Assembly: GCA_023231065.1 (NCBI GenBank)
Contig: JALNWE010000004.1
Location: 5,167 to 69,166, forward strand
Reading direction: 5' to 3'
Length of the DNA: 64,000 bases
Origin: Bacteroidales bacterium
Lineage (GTDB): Bacteria; Bacteroidota; Bacteroidia; Bacteroidales; FEN-979
Below the pieces are notes generated by a model. The model worked only from the letters and a program-made list of their open reading frames with translations. It was not told where the DNA came from and searched no databases. A program made the position numbers and the translations under genes. Below are positions 45,958 through 56,088 of the stretch, one piece after another (within the stretch, counting starts at the first letter, position 1; each line of letters begins with the position of its first letter).

Positions 45958-46863
45958 TTAATATTTATTCGGGACAAACGTTTGTTCGGTCATGGGCGGC
46001 CTCACGTAGGCTTTATCTTTTTCGAGTGGAGGAAGGATGATGGGTTCCCTTGGTACATCTTCAACCGGGATCATCGACAATAAATGGTTGATACAATTTA
46101 ACCTGGCGCGTCTTTTATCATCTGCTTCCACAACAAACCAGGGTGATTGTTTGGTATCGGTATAAGCAAACATTTCATCTTTTGCTTTTGAATATTCGAT
46201 CCATTTTGTCCTGGATTCAACATCCATCGGACTGATTTTCCATCGGCGGGTGGGATCCTGGATCCGTTGCAGAAAACGTTTTTCCTGCTCTTTATCGCTA
46301 ACCGAAAACCAGTATTTTATCATGATGGTCCCGGAACGGATGAGCATGGTTTCAAAATTGGGGCATGACCTTAAGAAATCCCAGTATTCGGCATCCGTAC
46401 AAAATCCCATAACGCGTTCTACTCCTGCCCGGTTGTACCAGCTACGATCGAAAAGGACCATTTCGCCTGCAGCCGGAAGATAGGGCACATAACGTTGAAA
46501 ATACCATTGTGTCTTCTCCTTTTCGGTCGGGACTCCAAGCGCGATAACACGGCAAACGCGAGGGTTGAGCGACTCCGTGATCCGTTTTATGGCTCCGCCT
46601 TTTCCGGCGGCATCCCGGCCTTCGAACAGGACAACGACCCTCAACCCTTTGTATTTGATCCACTCCTGAAGTCGCACGAGCTCGACCTGAAGTTTAGCTA
46701 ACTCCTGCTCATAATATCGGCTTGGGAGTTTATCCCGGCCTTCATCTTCCGGATCCTGAAGACCCGGATGGCTTCTGCTTTCCCCGGTGGGATCAGGATC
46801 CGGATTATCCTTTTTCCTGGTTTTTACCTCTTTTTCTTTTGGTTTATCTTTCTTGTGGCTCAT
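45958..46863 (-). CDS. ppk2: Polyphosphate kinase 2
   Basis: FEGRDAAGKGG (Walker A), QWYFQRY, LFDRSWYNRAGVERVMGFC, RRWKISPMD. Confidence 0.95.
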   Translation of the reverse strand: MSHKKDKPKEKEVKTRKKDNPDPDPTGESRSHPGLQDPEDEGRDKLPSRYYEQELAKLQVELVRLQEWIKYKGLRVVVLFEGRDAAGKGGAIKRITESLNPRVCRVIALGVPTEKEKTQWYFQRYVPYLPAAGEMVLFDRSWYNRAGVERVMGFCTDAEYWDFLRSCPNFETMLIRSGTIMIKYWFSVSDKEQEKRFLQRIQDPTRRWKISPMDVESRTKWIEYSKAKDEMFAYTDTKQSPWFVVEADDKRRARLNCINHLLSMIPVEDVPREPIILPPLEKDKAYVRPPMTEQTFVPNKY

Positions 46864-46929
46864 ATAGGATAACGATTTTAGAAGTACAATACAATATTGT
46901 TATAGGTAAGAATTATAAATCCCTGATGG

Positions 46930-48105
46930 TTAATTATTAATCAGGATTTCCCTGGTCCCGTTGGAAATTTCAGCGTGGTAGAAAGTGGGTTTGATCCCTG
47001 TTTTACATTCATATCCTGTCCCTACCCTTTCCATGAACCCCTCCACCACATTGTTACGGACCAGGTTTACCGTACAACCTCCAAATCCAGCTCCCGTCAT
47101 CCTTGCCCCAATAACGCCATTGACTTTCTGCGCTTCTTCAACCAGGGTGTCCAACTCAAATCCGGTCACTTCATAATTATCGCGTAACGATTCGTGTGAG
47201 GCATTCATCAGTGCGCCAAACCCGGCAAGGTCTCCTTTATGAAGGCAACTTACGGCATTCAGCACACGCTGATTTTCGGAGATCACATGGCGGGCGCGTT
47301 TACGGACCAGCTCATCGGGGATCTGATCCTGGATTTTATAAAATTGCATGAAACTAATATCCCCAAGTTTTGACAGCGGAATTATGGGATTCAGATAAGT
47401 CACCGCAAGTTGACATTCAGTCACCCTTTCGTTGTATTTTGATCCGGCAAGTCCCCTTTTTTTATTGGTATTGGCTATGATCAGTGTAAACCCATCCAGC
47501 CGGATGGGGATGGTTTTATACTCGAGGGTTTGACAATTCAGGAATAAAGCATGGTCTTTCACTCCCATCCCGACTGCAAACTGGTCCATGATCCCGCAAT
47601 TCACCCCGACAAATTGATTTTCGGCCCGCTGCGATAACTTTACCAGATCCATCATGGATAGTTCCGTCATCCGGAGAACGGTCGCCAGGGCATAAGCCGT
47701 CACCATTTCGATGGATGCCGAGGAAGACAATCCGGCGTTGTTGGGAATGTCGCCTGAATAAAGCATCTCAAAGCCGCGAAGGGAAACATTCATTTGCCTG
47801 AGCTGGTCCATTATCCCCAGGGGATAGTTCACCCATTGGTCATTAACCTTGGCAGAAATGTCATTAAGTCCTATTTCACAACGGAATTCAAAGTTGGTAG
47901 AAGCAAACTTAATGACCTCCTTTCCTGATGGTCTGATCAACAGGTAAGTCCCATATTGTAACGCACAGGGGAGCACAAATCCCCCGTTATAATCGGTATG
48001 CTCACCGATCAGGTTAACCCTCCCGGGAGCAAAGAATACACGGGGTTTTTCATCAGGGTTGCCATACAGGGCAAAAAATTGTTCGAAAAGATTGTTCAGG
48101 TTCAT
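46930..48105 (-). CDS. galK: Galactokinase
   Basis: APGRVNLIGEHTDYNGG, GLSSSAS, GVNCGIMDQF, GARMTGAGFGGC. Confidence 0.95.
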   Translation of the reverse strand: MNLNNLFEQFFALYGNPDEKPRVFFAPGRVNLIGEHTDYNGGFVLPCALQYGTYLLIRPSGKEVIKFASTNFEFRCEIGLNDISAKVNDQWVNYPLGIMDQLRQMNVSLRGFEMLYSGDIPNNAGLSSSASIEMVTAYALATVLRMTELSMMDLVKLSQRAENQFVGVNCGIMDQFAVGMGVKDHALFLNCQTLEYKTIPIRLDGFTLIIANTNKKRGLAGSKYNERVTECQLAVTYLNPIIPLSKLGDISFMQFYKIQDQIPDELVRKRARHVISENQRVLNAVSCLHKGDLAGFGALMNASHESLRDNYEVTGFELDTLVEEAQKVNGVIGARMTGAGFGGCTVNLVRNNVVEGFMERVGTGYECKTGIKPTFYHAEISNGTREILINN

Positions 48106-48167
48106 CGATCAGGTTATTTATTCGATGACTAAATTAAACAAAATTTTTACTCCTGACAACGAATGGT

Positions 48168-48175
48168 TACTTTTG
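48168..48175 (+). promoter_or_regulatory. -7 element (TACTTTTG) for the GH2-GH92 genes
   Basis: Exact TAnnTTTG match 16 nt upstream of ATG 48192. Confidence 0.5.
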
Positions 48176-48191
48176 TATTTTATTCAGATTT

Positions 48192-50714
48192 ATGATCAGA
48201 CATCTTCATAAAGCCCTTACAGGGCTCTTTCTTTTCATTTTTCCTGCCCTCTTTTCGCAGGAAATTAAAACCATCGATCTCGGTGGGGATTGGCAATTCC
48301 GGCAGACAGGGGCCACAAACTGGTCGCCGGCGCACGTACCGGGTGTCGTTCACCTGGATCTGTTGAACAACAGCATGATCCCGGATCCTTTTTACCGGGA
48401 CAATGAAACGAAACTTCAATGGATCGGAGAAACAGGATGGGAATATAAAAAGGTCTTCAATATCAAAAACCCAGATCTTTCCAGAAAACACATTGAGCTG
48501 GTTTGCAGTGGATTGGATACATACGCCAAACTATTCCTGAACGACTCACTGATTCTCGAAGCAGACAATATGTTCCGGGAATGGTCGGTAGATATCCGGC
48601 GTTTTTTACATCCCGGAGTAAATAACCTCCGGATCGCGTTTCCCTCTGTTATTTCTGAAAACAAAGCGCGTTATGCAAAACTTCCTTATCGTTTGCCCGG
48701 TGACGAAAAGGTGGTTTGCAGGAAAGCTGCCTGTCATTTTGGTTGGGATTGGGGCCCGACTTTTATCACCAGTGGCATCTGGCGGCCAATCAATATCCGT
48801 TTATGGGATGATGCCAGGATATGCGATGTGAGGTTTATCCAGGAAAAACTGACCGATTCTGTCGCCCGGATGACCGGTGAGTTTAATATTCTTTCAGATA
48901 TCTCGGATTCGCTGCAACTGCGGGTATTCATCGATTCAGTCGAAATCCTAAGGCAATTATATCCGGTAAAGGATGGGAATACGTTATTTCGTTGTCACTT
49001 TCAAATACCGCATCCCCGCTGGTGGTGGCCAAACGGATTGGGAAATCCCAATCTTTATTGGATTGGATATGAAATTTATTCCGGTCAAAAAATGGTAGAT
49101 AAAGGGAGCCAACGGATCGGGCTTAGGACAATTGAGTTGGTCACGGGACCGGATTCTATTGGAAAATCGTTTTATTTTAAAGTGAATGGCCTCCCGGTTT
49201 TTATGAAAGGGGCCAACTATATCCCCCCGGATAATTTCCTTCCCCGTGTTTCAGATTCAACTTACCGGGAGCTCATCAGAGATGTGAAGGGTGCAAACAT
49301 GAATATGTTACGCGTATGGGGTGGCGGGGTTTATGAAAAGGATGTTTTCTATGATCTCTGTGATGAGAACGGGATCCTTATCTGGCAGGATTTTATGTTT
49401 GCATGTGCCATGTATCCCGGTAACGAGGCCTTTCTTGAAAATGTTAAGGCCGAGGCCATCGAAAATGTGATCCGGCTCCGTTCTCATCCTTGCATGGCTT
49501 TATGGTGTGGCAATAATGAAATTGATGAAGGATGGAAAAACTGGGGTTGGCAGGGTCAATATAAATATTCGGCTGTTGATTCGGCAACAATTTACCATGC
49601 TTACAAAACTATTTTTGAGTCTATCCTACCCCAGGTGATCCAGCGCTTCGATCCGGAACGGCCGTATATTTCCACCTCCCCATTACATGGATGGGGACGG
49701 TCTGTCAGCATGAAAGAAGGCGATTCACATTACTGGGGTGTCTGGTGGGGAAAAGAACCCTTCACCATGTATAAAAAGAAAGTCGGGCGTTTTGTGTCGG
49801 AATATGGTTTCCAGGGTTTCCCGGATTTTGCCACGATCATGAAATTTACCCTGCCTGATGACCGGCAGCTTCTTTCACCGGTGATGAAAGCCCATCAGAA
49901 ACATCCGGTTGGTTATGAAACCATTAAAGAATATATGCTTCGCGATTACCGGGAACCCACTGATTTCAGGATGTACGGTTATGTCAGCCAACTCCTCCAG
50001 GCCGACGGGATGCGGATTGCCATCCAGGCACACCGGAAAGCAAAACCGGTATGTATGGGGACCCTTTTCTGGCAGTTGAACGATTGCTGGCCGGTAACTT
50101 CCTGGTCTTCCATCGATTATTATGGGCATAAAAAAGCATTATATTATGAAGCGCGTCGTTTGTTTGATCCTCTTCTGATCATCCCTCTTGAAGAAAACGA
50201 CCAAATCAACGTCTATATTACTTCCGATTTGAAGGAAGCAGTGGCAAAAAACCTTCATCTTCAATTGATGGATTTTAGAGGCAAGGTGTACAAGGACATA
50301 TCGGTTCCGGTTGTTATCGGGAAAAACGCATCCGGTAAGTTTTACGCCATTTCAAAAAAGGATCTGTTACAAGGGATCGATCCTGGAACCCTTGTGTTCA
50401 CTGCTTCATTTGGCGAAAGTGATGAACGCGCCAACCAAAGTTTCCTGTATTTTTCAGCTCCGAAAGACCTGAAATTACCGGTTCCGGATATTGTAAAAAA
50501 GGTATCAGGGACTCCTGAAGGATATGAAATCCGTCTTAGTTCCGATAAACTCGTGAAAAACGTTTATCTCTTTTCCACACATCCGGGAGATTTTTCGGAC
50601 AATTATTTCGATATGTTGCCCGGTAAAACCTATATTGTGACTTTTATGACACCGGGAAAGAACCTGAATCCTGGCTCTTTGATAGAAATCAAATCGCTTG
50701 TTAACTCATACTAA
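48192..50714 (+). CDS. GH2 beta-mannosidase
   Basis: GLDTYA, FGWDWGP, WWPNGLG, KGANYIP, NMLRVWGGG, WCGNNEI (acid/base), GDSHYWGVW, FVSEYGFQGFP (nucleophile), WQLNDCWP. Confidence 0.92.
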   Translation: MIRHLHKALTGLFLFIFPALFSQEIKTIDLGGDWQFRQTGATNWSPAHVPGVVHLDLLNNSMIPDPFYRDNETKLQWIGETGWEYKKVFNIKNPDLSRKHIELVCSGLDTYAKLFLNDSLILEADNMFREWSVDIRRFLHPGVNNLRIAFPSVISENKARYAKLPYRLPGDEKVVCRKAACHFGWDWGPTFITSGIWRPINIRLWDDARICDVRFIQEKLTDSVARMTGEFNILSDISDSLQLRVFIDSVEILRQLYPVKDGNTLFRCHFQIPHPRWWWPNGLGNPNLYWIGYEIYSGQKMVDKGSQRIGLRTIELVTGPDSIGKSFYFKVNGLPVFMKGANYIPPDNFLPRVSDSTYRELIRDVKGANMNMLRVWGGGVYEKDVFYDLCDENGILIWQDFMFACAMYPGNEAFLENVKAEAIENVIRLRSHPCMALWCGNNEIDEGWKNWGWQGQYKYSAVDSATIYHAYKTIFESILPQVIQRFDPERPYISTSPLHGWGRSVSMKEGDSHYWGVWWGKEPFTMYKKKVGRFVSEYGFQGFPDFATIMKFTLPDDRQLLSPVMKAHQKHPVGYETIKEYMLRDYREPTDFRMYGYVSQLLQADGMRIAIQAHRKAKPVCMGTLFWQLNDCWPVTSWSSIDYYGHKKALYYEARRLFDPLLIIPLEENDQINVYITSDLKEAVAKNLHLQLMDFRGKVYKDISVPVVIGKNASGKFYAISKKDLLQGIDPGTLVFTASFGESDERANQSFLYFSAPKDLKLPVPDIVKKVSGTPEGYEIRLSSDKLVKNVYLFSTHPGDFSDNYFDMLPGKTYIVTFMTPGKNLNPGSLIEIKSLVNSY

Positions 50715-50723
50715 GGGAATACC

Positions 50724-53657
50724 ATGAAGAATATTCGTCTGCTTGCTTTTGTATCTATAATTATATCAGGGGTTTATTGTCAGGGCCAGCAACCTGTCAA
50801 TCTGGTTGAATTTGTAAATCCATTTATTGGGACCGGAGGGCATGGACATACTTACCCGGGCGTCAGCGTCCCTTTTGGAATGGTTCAGTTAAGCCCTGAT
50901 ACCCGGCTCGAAGGATGGGACGGATGTTCGGGTTATCATTATTCCGATTCTGTCATATATGGATTCAGTCACACCCATCTTAGCGGCACCGGATGTTCCG
51001 ATTATGGTGATATCCTCGTCATGCCGGTTAACGGAACTGTCCATCTGGCCAAATACGGATATGCTTCAACCTTTAAAAAAACCGATGAAAAGCCATCTCC
51101 CGGGTACTACAAAGTGGATCTTCCCGGTAAAATCCAGGTTGAATTGACAGCTACTGCCCGCGTTGGGATCCATCGCTATACCTTTCCTGCAACCAGCCAG
51201 GCAAACATCGTCTTTGATCTGAAACACCGCGACAAGGTCCTGGAATCGGGAATCAAGGTCGTCGGTAATAATGAGATCGAGGGGTACCGGATTTCGCAGG
51301 AATGGGCTGAAAAACAAATGATTTATTTTGTCGCTCAATTTTCAAAACCCTTCACCTCGTTCTCATTGGCATTGTATGACCAGGTACAGACTGGTATCCG
51401 TGAAGCGACGGGTACCGATCTGAAGTCCTTTTTTACTTTTACAACTACCCAGGGTGAAAAAATATTGGTTAAAGTAGCCATTTCGGGAGTCAGCATTGAA
51501 GGAGCGCGAAAAAACCTGGAGACGGAAATTTCAGGCTGGGATTTTGATGCAGTGCGGGATCAGGCAATCAGGCTGTGGAATGAAGAATTAAGCAAGATGA
51601 TGGTCGATGGCGGAACGGTGGATCAGCGTACCACTTTTTATACCGCCCTGTATCATACCATGCTTCAGCCGAATATATACAATGATGTGGATGGAAAATA
51701 TCGCGGAAGGGACCTGAAGGTTCATCAGACTGACGGGTTCGATTATTATACGGTATTTTCATTATGGGACACTTACCGGGCGGCAAATCCGCTGTACACC
51801 CTTATCGAACCAAAACGGACAAACGATTTCATCAGGACATTCCTGCGGCAGTATGAAGAAGGAGGAATGCTTCCGGTTTGGGAACTCTCTTCGAACGAAA
51901 CCGGGTGTATGATCGGTTATCATTCTGTATCGGTCATTGCCGATGCCTTTTTAAAGGGAATCAAGGGATACGATACACTGAAAGCGTTGGAAGCCATGAA
52001 GCATAGCGCCAAACAGTCGCGCCTTGGGTTGAAGTATTATCAAACCAAAGGATATATTCCTTCGGACAAAGAAGGGGAATCGGTATCGAAAACGTTGGAA
52101 TATGCCTATGATGACTGGTGTATTGCCAGGATGGCAAAGGCTATGGGGCAACAGGAAGATTACAAGGAATTTATCCGCAGGGCCCAGTATTACAAATACT
52201 TGTTTGACCGGATGACAGGTTTTATGCGGGCTAAATCGAACGAAACATGGTTCAGCCCTTTTGATCCTGCCGAAGTGAATTTCAATTACACCGAAGCCAA
52301 TGCCTGGCAATATACTTTTTATGTGCCTCAGGATCTGGAAGTCCTAATGGCCCTTATGGGTGGGCGCGAACAGTTCGCCAAAAAGCTGGATGAGCTTTTT
52401 TCCACCGACTCTAAAACCACGGGACGTGAACAGTCGGATATTACCGGGTTGATCGGTCAGTATGCTCATGGGAATGAACCCAGTCATCACATGGCCTATC
52501 TTTATGACTATGTTGTTCAACCCTGGAAAACACAAGAGATGGTGCATCGGATCTGCAAGGATTTTTATACAAACAAACCCGATGGATTGATCGGCAACGA
52601 AGATTGCGGACAGATGTCAGCCTGGTATATATTCAGCGCCTGTGGCTTTTATCCGGTCACCCCTGGTTCCAATACCTATGCCATCGGACCGCCAATCTTT
52701 CCGAATGTGACCATCCGTTTAGGAAATGGTAAGACCTTCTCGGTGAGGGCAAAATATACTAGCGGTCAAAATTATTATATCCAGTCCGCTTCCTTAAACG
52801 GTAAACCTTTTTCGAGGTGTTATATTACCAACGATGAAATCATGGGAGGCGGCGAATTGGCTTTTACCATGGGCCCCACTCCTAATAAGGCCTGGGGTAT
52901 CGGAGTGAATACAGCGCCACCTTCCCGCATTTCCGATTACCTGATCGTCCCTGCGCCATCTATCGACCTTGGGCAACCTACCTTCATTGATTCTACTTTG
53001 GTTTCACTCTCCTGCCCGATCGAAAGCGCTTATATTTTATACACCCTTGACAATTCCGAACCAACATTCAAATCTTCTGTTTATCAACGGCCTTTTAAAT
53101 TCAAGAAAACCACTACCCTGAAAGCCATTGCTTATAAACCGGATATGCCGAAAAGCTTTCCTATAGAAGCCCGGTTCATTAAAATCCCCGAAAACAGGAA
53201 GATTACCTTGAATACCAGATATACCGGTCAATATTCAGCCGGGGGCGATCTTGCCCTGATCGATTTTTCGCGCGGCGGCGACGATTTCAGGACGGGCAAA
53301 TGGCAAGGTTATGAAGGTGTTGGCCTCGACGCCATTGTTGATCTTGGTTCCGGACAACCGGTGAAAAAAGTGGCTTTGGGATGTTACCAACAACAAAGTG
53401 CATGGATCTTCATGCCGGTTGAAGTTTCCTTTTATTCTTCGACTGACGGGTCCAACTTCAAGATTGAAGGGACCGTGATGAACGATGTCCCGGAAAAGGA
53501 AGAAGGAACGCTGACCAAAGATTTCAGCCTCGATCTGAAAGGAGAAAAAATCAGGTACATCAAAGTCGTGGCAAAAAACAGGGGTATTTGCCCGGACTGG
53601 CATCCAGGCGCAGGTAAAAAAGCCTGGATATTCGTGGATGAAATCAGCATAGAATAG
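50724..53657 (+). CDS. GH92 alpha-mannosidase with C-terminal Fn3-associated and F5/8-like domains
   Basis: VNPFIGTGGHGHTYPG, PFGMVQLSPDT, HTHLSGTG, FSLWDTYRA, YTEANAWQY, HGNEPSHH, GNEDCGQMSAWY. Confidence 0.94.
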   Translation: MKNIRLLAFVSIIISGVYCQGQQPVNLVEFVNPFIGTGGHGHTYPGVSVPFGMVQLSPDTRLEGWDGCSGYHYSDSVIYGFSHTHLSGTGCSDYGDILVMPVNGTVHLAKYGYASTFKKTDEKPSPGYYKVDLPGKIQVELTATARVGIHRYTFPATSQANIVFDLKHRDKVLESGIKVVGNNEIEGYRISQEWAEKQMIYFVAQFSKPFTSFSLALYDQVQTGIREATGTDLKSFFTFTTTQGEKILVKVAISGVSIEGARKNLETEISGWDFDAVRDQAIRLWNEELSKMMVDGGTVDQRTTFYTALYHTMLQPNIYNDVDGKYRGRDLKVHQTDGFDYYTVFSLWDTYRAANPLYTLIEPKRTNDFIRTFLRQYEEGGMLPVWELSSNETGCMIGYHSVSVIADAFLKGIKGYDTLKALEAMKHSAKQSRLGLKYYQTKGYIPSDKEGESVSKTLEYAYDDWCIARMAKAMGQQEDYKEFIRRAQYYKYLFDRMTGFMRAKSNETWFSPFDPAEVNFNYTEANAWQYTFYVPQDLEVLMALMGGREQFAKKLDELFSTDSKTTGREQSDITGLIGQYAHGNEPSHHMAYLYDYVVQPWKTQEMVHRICKDFYTNKPDGLIGNEDCGQMSAWYIFSACGFYPVTPGSNTYAIGPPIFPNVTIRLGNGKTFSVRAKYTSGQNYYIQSASLNGKPFSRCYITNDEIMGGGELAFTMGPTPNKAWGIGVNTAPPSRISDYLIVPAPSIDLGQPTFIDSTLVSLSCPIESAYILYTLDNSEPTFKSSVYQRPFKFKKTTTLKAIAYKPDMPKSFPIEARFIKIPENRKITLNTRYTGQYSAGGDLALIDFSRGGDDFRTGKWQGYEGVGLDAIVDLGSGQPVKKVALGCYQQQSAWIFMPVEVSFYSSTDGSNFKIEGTVMNDVPEKEEGTLTKDFSLDLKGEKIRYIKVVAKNRGICPDWHPGAGKKAWIFVDEISIE

Positions 53658-53871
53658 CAGACAGGATGGATGATCTTCGGATGTTCCCTAATGCTTGGAG
53701 GCATGGTCATCGCCCCAGTTCAAATCATCCTTAAACAGATTGATATGATCTTCCTTTAAAAACCAATATATGAACGAAGGATCCCGGAAGATCCGATGAA
53801 ATAAAAAAGAAAGTTGGTACTTTTACAGATTATTTACACCTACTACTGTTAAACCAATAAAACCAGGATAT

Positions 53872-55236
53872 ATGAATTTACGTAAAAAAGGACTTTTTCT
53901 TCTTGCAGCGTTTTTATTGACCTCTTCCATTCTTGTAAACGCTCAAAATAAAGGCACTTTTATTCCGGGGAAAGTAGCACAGTCACAGACTGTTGCTCAA
54001 GGAGCAGGCCCATCTGGTGAATTTGACAAATACTTTGTTCAAAAGACACTGAGGATAGACTATTTTCTTGCCGGGGATTCGAAGACGGAAATTGCTTATT
54101 TCCGTGATATGCGACAGGAACCATTCTGGGGAGGGCCCCATGATAATACCATAGATCCTTTTAACTATGGAACATACCGGTATTCGGCCTATGATTCTGC
54201 TTCCAAAAAACTCATTTACTCAAGGGGTTTCAGTTCCCTGTTTCAGGAATGGAAAGGAACGGATGAAGCCAAAAAGATGAAACGGGCATTTCCAATGACG
54301 GCAGTATTGCCATTCCCGAAAAACACCATCCGGTTTGTCATTGAAAAGAGATCTTACGCTACAAATGCATTTGAAGTCATTTTCGACCGGTACATCAATC
54401 CCTCCGATTACTTTATCAACCGCGAAAACATCCATCCATTGAAAGTAACAAAGATCAGGGAAACGGGTGATCCCGCCACCCATGTAGATATCGCCTTTAT
54501 AGCTGAAGGTTATACTGCCGGGGATATGGAAAAATTCAGGAATGATGCCAGCCGGCTCAGCGATTATATCCTCTCGGTCGAACCCTATTCGAAATATACC
54601 GATAAATTCAATTTCTACGCGATTGAAGCGCCTTCTGATGAGGCCGGTGTGACCATCCCGGGAAAAGATATTTTTGTGAATACCAGTATCCACAGTAGCT
54701 TTTATACGTTTGACATGGACCGTTATATGACCACTTTTGACACAAAATCAATTTATGATGCTGCCGCCAACGTTCCCTATGATGCAGTCATTGTTTTGGT
54801 TAACAGTAAACGGTATGGCGGTGGCGGATTTTATAATCATTATTGTGAAAGTACAGTTGATAACCAATATTCAACGTTGGTCTTAATCCATGAGTTTGGC
54901 CACTCATTTGCAGGATTGGCTGATGAATATTATGCTTCCGAAGTTACCTATTCTGATTTCTACAACCTGAAATTTGAGCCATGGGAGCCCAATATCACGA
55001 CCAAAGTAAATTTTAACGCTAAGTGGAAGAAGATGATATCTCCCGAAACCCCCATCCCCACTCCAAAAGATGCCAAGTATAATAAAACGGTTGGCGCGTT
55101 CGAAGGCGGAGGCTATCTGTCAAAAGGTATTTTCAGCCCAACAATGGATTGCCGGATGAAAAGCAATGAAGCCCCTGGATTTTGTCCTGTCTGTCAGGAT
55201 GCCATTTCAAAAATGATCCTGTTTTATTGTGATTAA
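53872..55236 (+). CDS. M64-family (IgA peptidase-like) secreted metallopeptidase
   Basis: Signal peptide; TLRIDY, IAEGYT, YGGGG, HEFGHSFAGLADEY zinc motif, GAFEGGGY, CRMKSN, FCPVC. Confidence 0.92.
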   Translation: MNLRKKGLFLLAAFLLTSSILVNAQNKGTFIPGKVAQSQTVAQGAGPSGEFDKYFVQKTLRIDYFLAGDSKTEIAYFRDMRQEPFWGGPHDNTIDPFNYGTYRYSAYDSASKKLIYSRGFSSLFQEWKGTDEAKKMKRAFPMTAVLPFPKNTIRFVIEKRSYATNAFEVIFDRYINPSDYFINRENIHPLKVTKIRETGDPATHVDIAFIAEGYTAGDMEKFRNDASRLSDYILSVEPYSKYTDKFNFYAIEAPSDEAGVTIPGKDIFVNTSIHSSFYTFDMDRYMTTFDTKSIYDAAANVPYDAVIVLVNSKRYGGGGFYNHYCESTVDNQYSTLVLIHEFGHSFAGLADEYYASEVTYSDFYNLKFEPWEPNITTKVNFNAKWKKMISPETPIPTPKDAKYNKTVGAFEGGGYLSKGIFSPTMDCRMKSNEAPGFCPVCQDAISKMILFYCD

Positions 55237-56038
55237 AGGACTGATCTTCGAAGTCAGGCGATTTTGTGTAAATGACGGACCCGGCATTAGAACGACGGTT
55301 TTCTTCAAGGGTTGTCCGTTATCCTGCTGGTGGTGTCATAATCCTGAAAGCCAGGATTTCAAATCCGAAACATCAATCCGGAACCTGATCCTGGCAGGAG
55401 AACGTTTTCAGAGGACGGAAATTACCGGAACTTTCATGTCTGTGGATGAAGTACTAAAGGAAATTGCCCAGGATCAGATGTTTTATGATGAATCCGGAGG
55501 CGGTGTTACTGTATCCGGGGGCGAGCCACTGATGCAGGGGCCTTTTTTATCCGGGCTTTTGAAAGCCTGTAAGCAAAAAGGGATTCACACCGCACTGGAT
55601 ACTTCCGGGTATGCCGCCCCAGGCACATTTGACTCTATTGCCGATCTGCCGGACCTGTTTTTATATGACCTGAAGTTAATGGATAGCGAACTTCATAAAC
55701 ATTATACCGGCGTTTCAAACCAGTCGATACTTCGTAACCTGGCTGCCCTTTTTAAGAAAAAGAAAAATGTCATTTTGCGCGTTCCCATAATACCCGGGAT
55801 AACCGATACCCCGGAAAATATCCGGTTGATGAAAGATTTTATCCGGTCATTGACCACCGGGTCAATGATGCAAACTGAAATCCATCTGCTTCCCTATCAT
55901 TCCCTTGCCAAAGAAAAATACATGAGGTTTTGTAAGCAAAATAAACTGGAAGAATTGCCCGACCTGAAAAAAGAAGATCTGATCCCCCTGAAAGCAGAAT
56001 TTGAAAGCATTGGCGGAATGGTGAGCATTGGTGGATAA
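55229..56038 (+). CDS. Glycyl-radical enzyme activating protein (radical SAM), short form
   Basis: DGPGIRTTVFFKGCPLSCWWCHNPES (CxxxCxxC), GGGVTVSGGEP, HTALDTSG, LYDLK. The GTG start overlaps the M64 stop by 8 bp. Confidence 0.93.
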   Translation: MIKGLIFEVRRFCVNDGPGIRTTVFFKGCPLSCWWCHNPESQDFKSETSIRNLILAGERFQRTEITGTFMSVDEVLKEIAQDQMFYDESGGGVTVSGGEPLMQGPFLSGLLKACKQKGIHTALDTSGYAAPGTFDSIADLPDLFLYDLKLMDSELHKHYTGVSNQSILRNLAALFKKKKNVILRVPIIPGITDTPENIRLMKDFIRSLTTGSMMQTEIHLLPYHSLAKEKYMRFCKQNKLEELPDLKKEDLIPLKAEFESIGGMVSIGG

Positions 56039-56088
56039 TAAATTGATAATTAAAGATTAATAATAAGGAAGGATGAAATAATTTATCC

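Noticed and set aside
45958-48105. Polyphosphate-driven galactose phosphorylation system (ppk2 next to galK/galM)
   Set aside because: Adjacency only; GalK has ordinary ATP-type GHMP motifs, and galT/galE are absent here.
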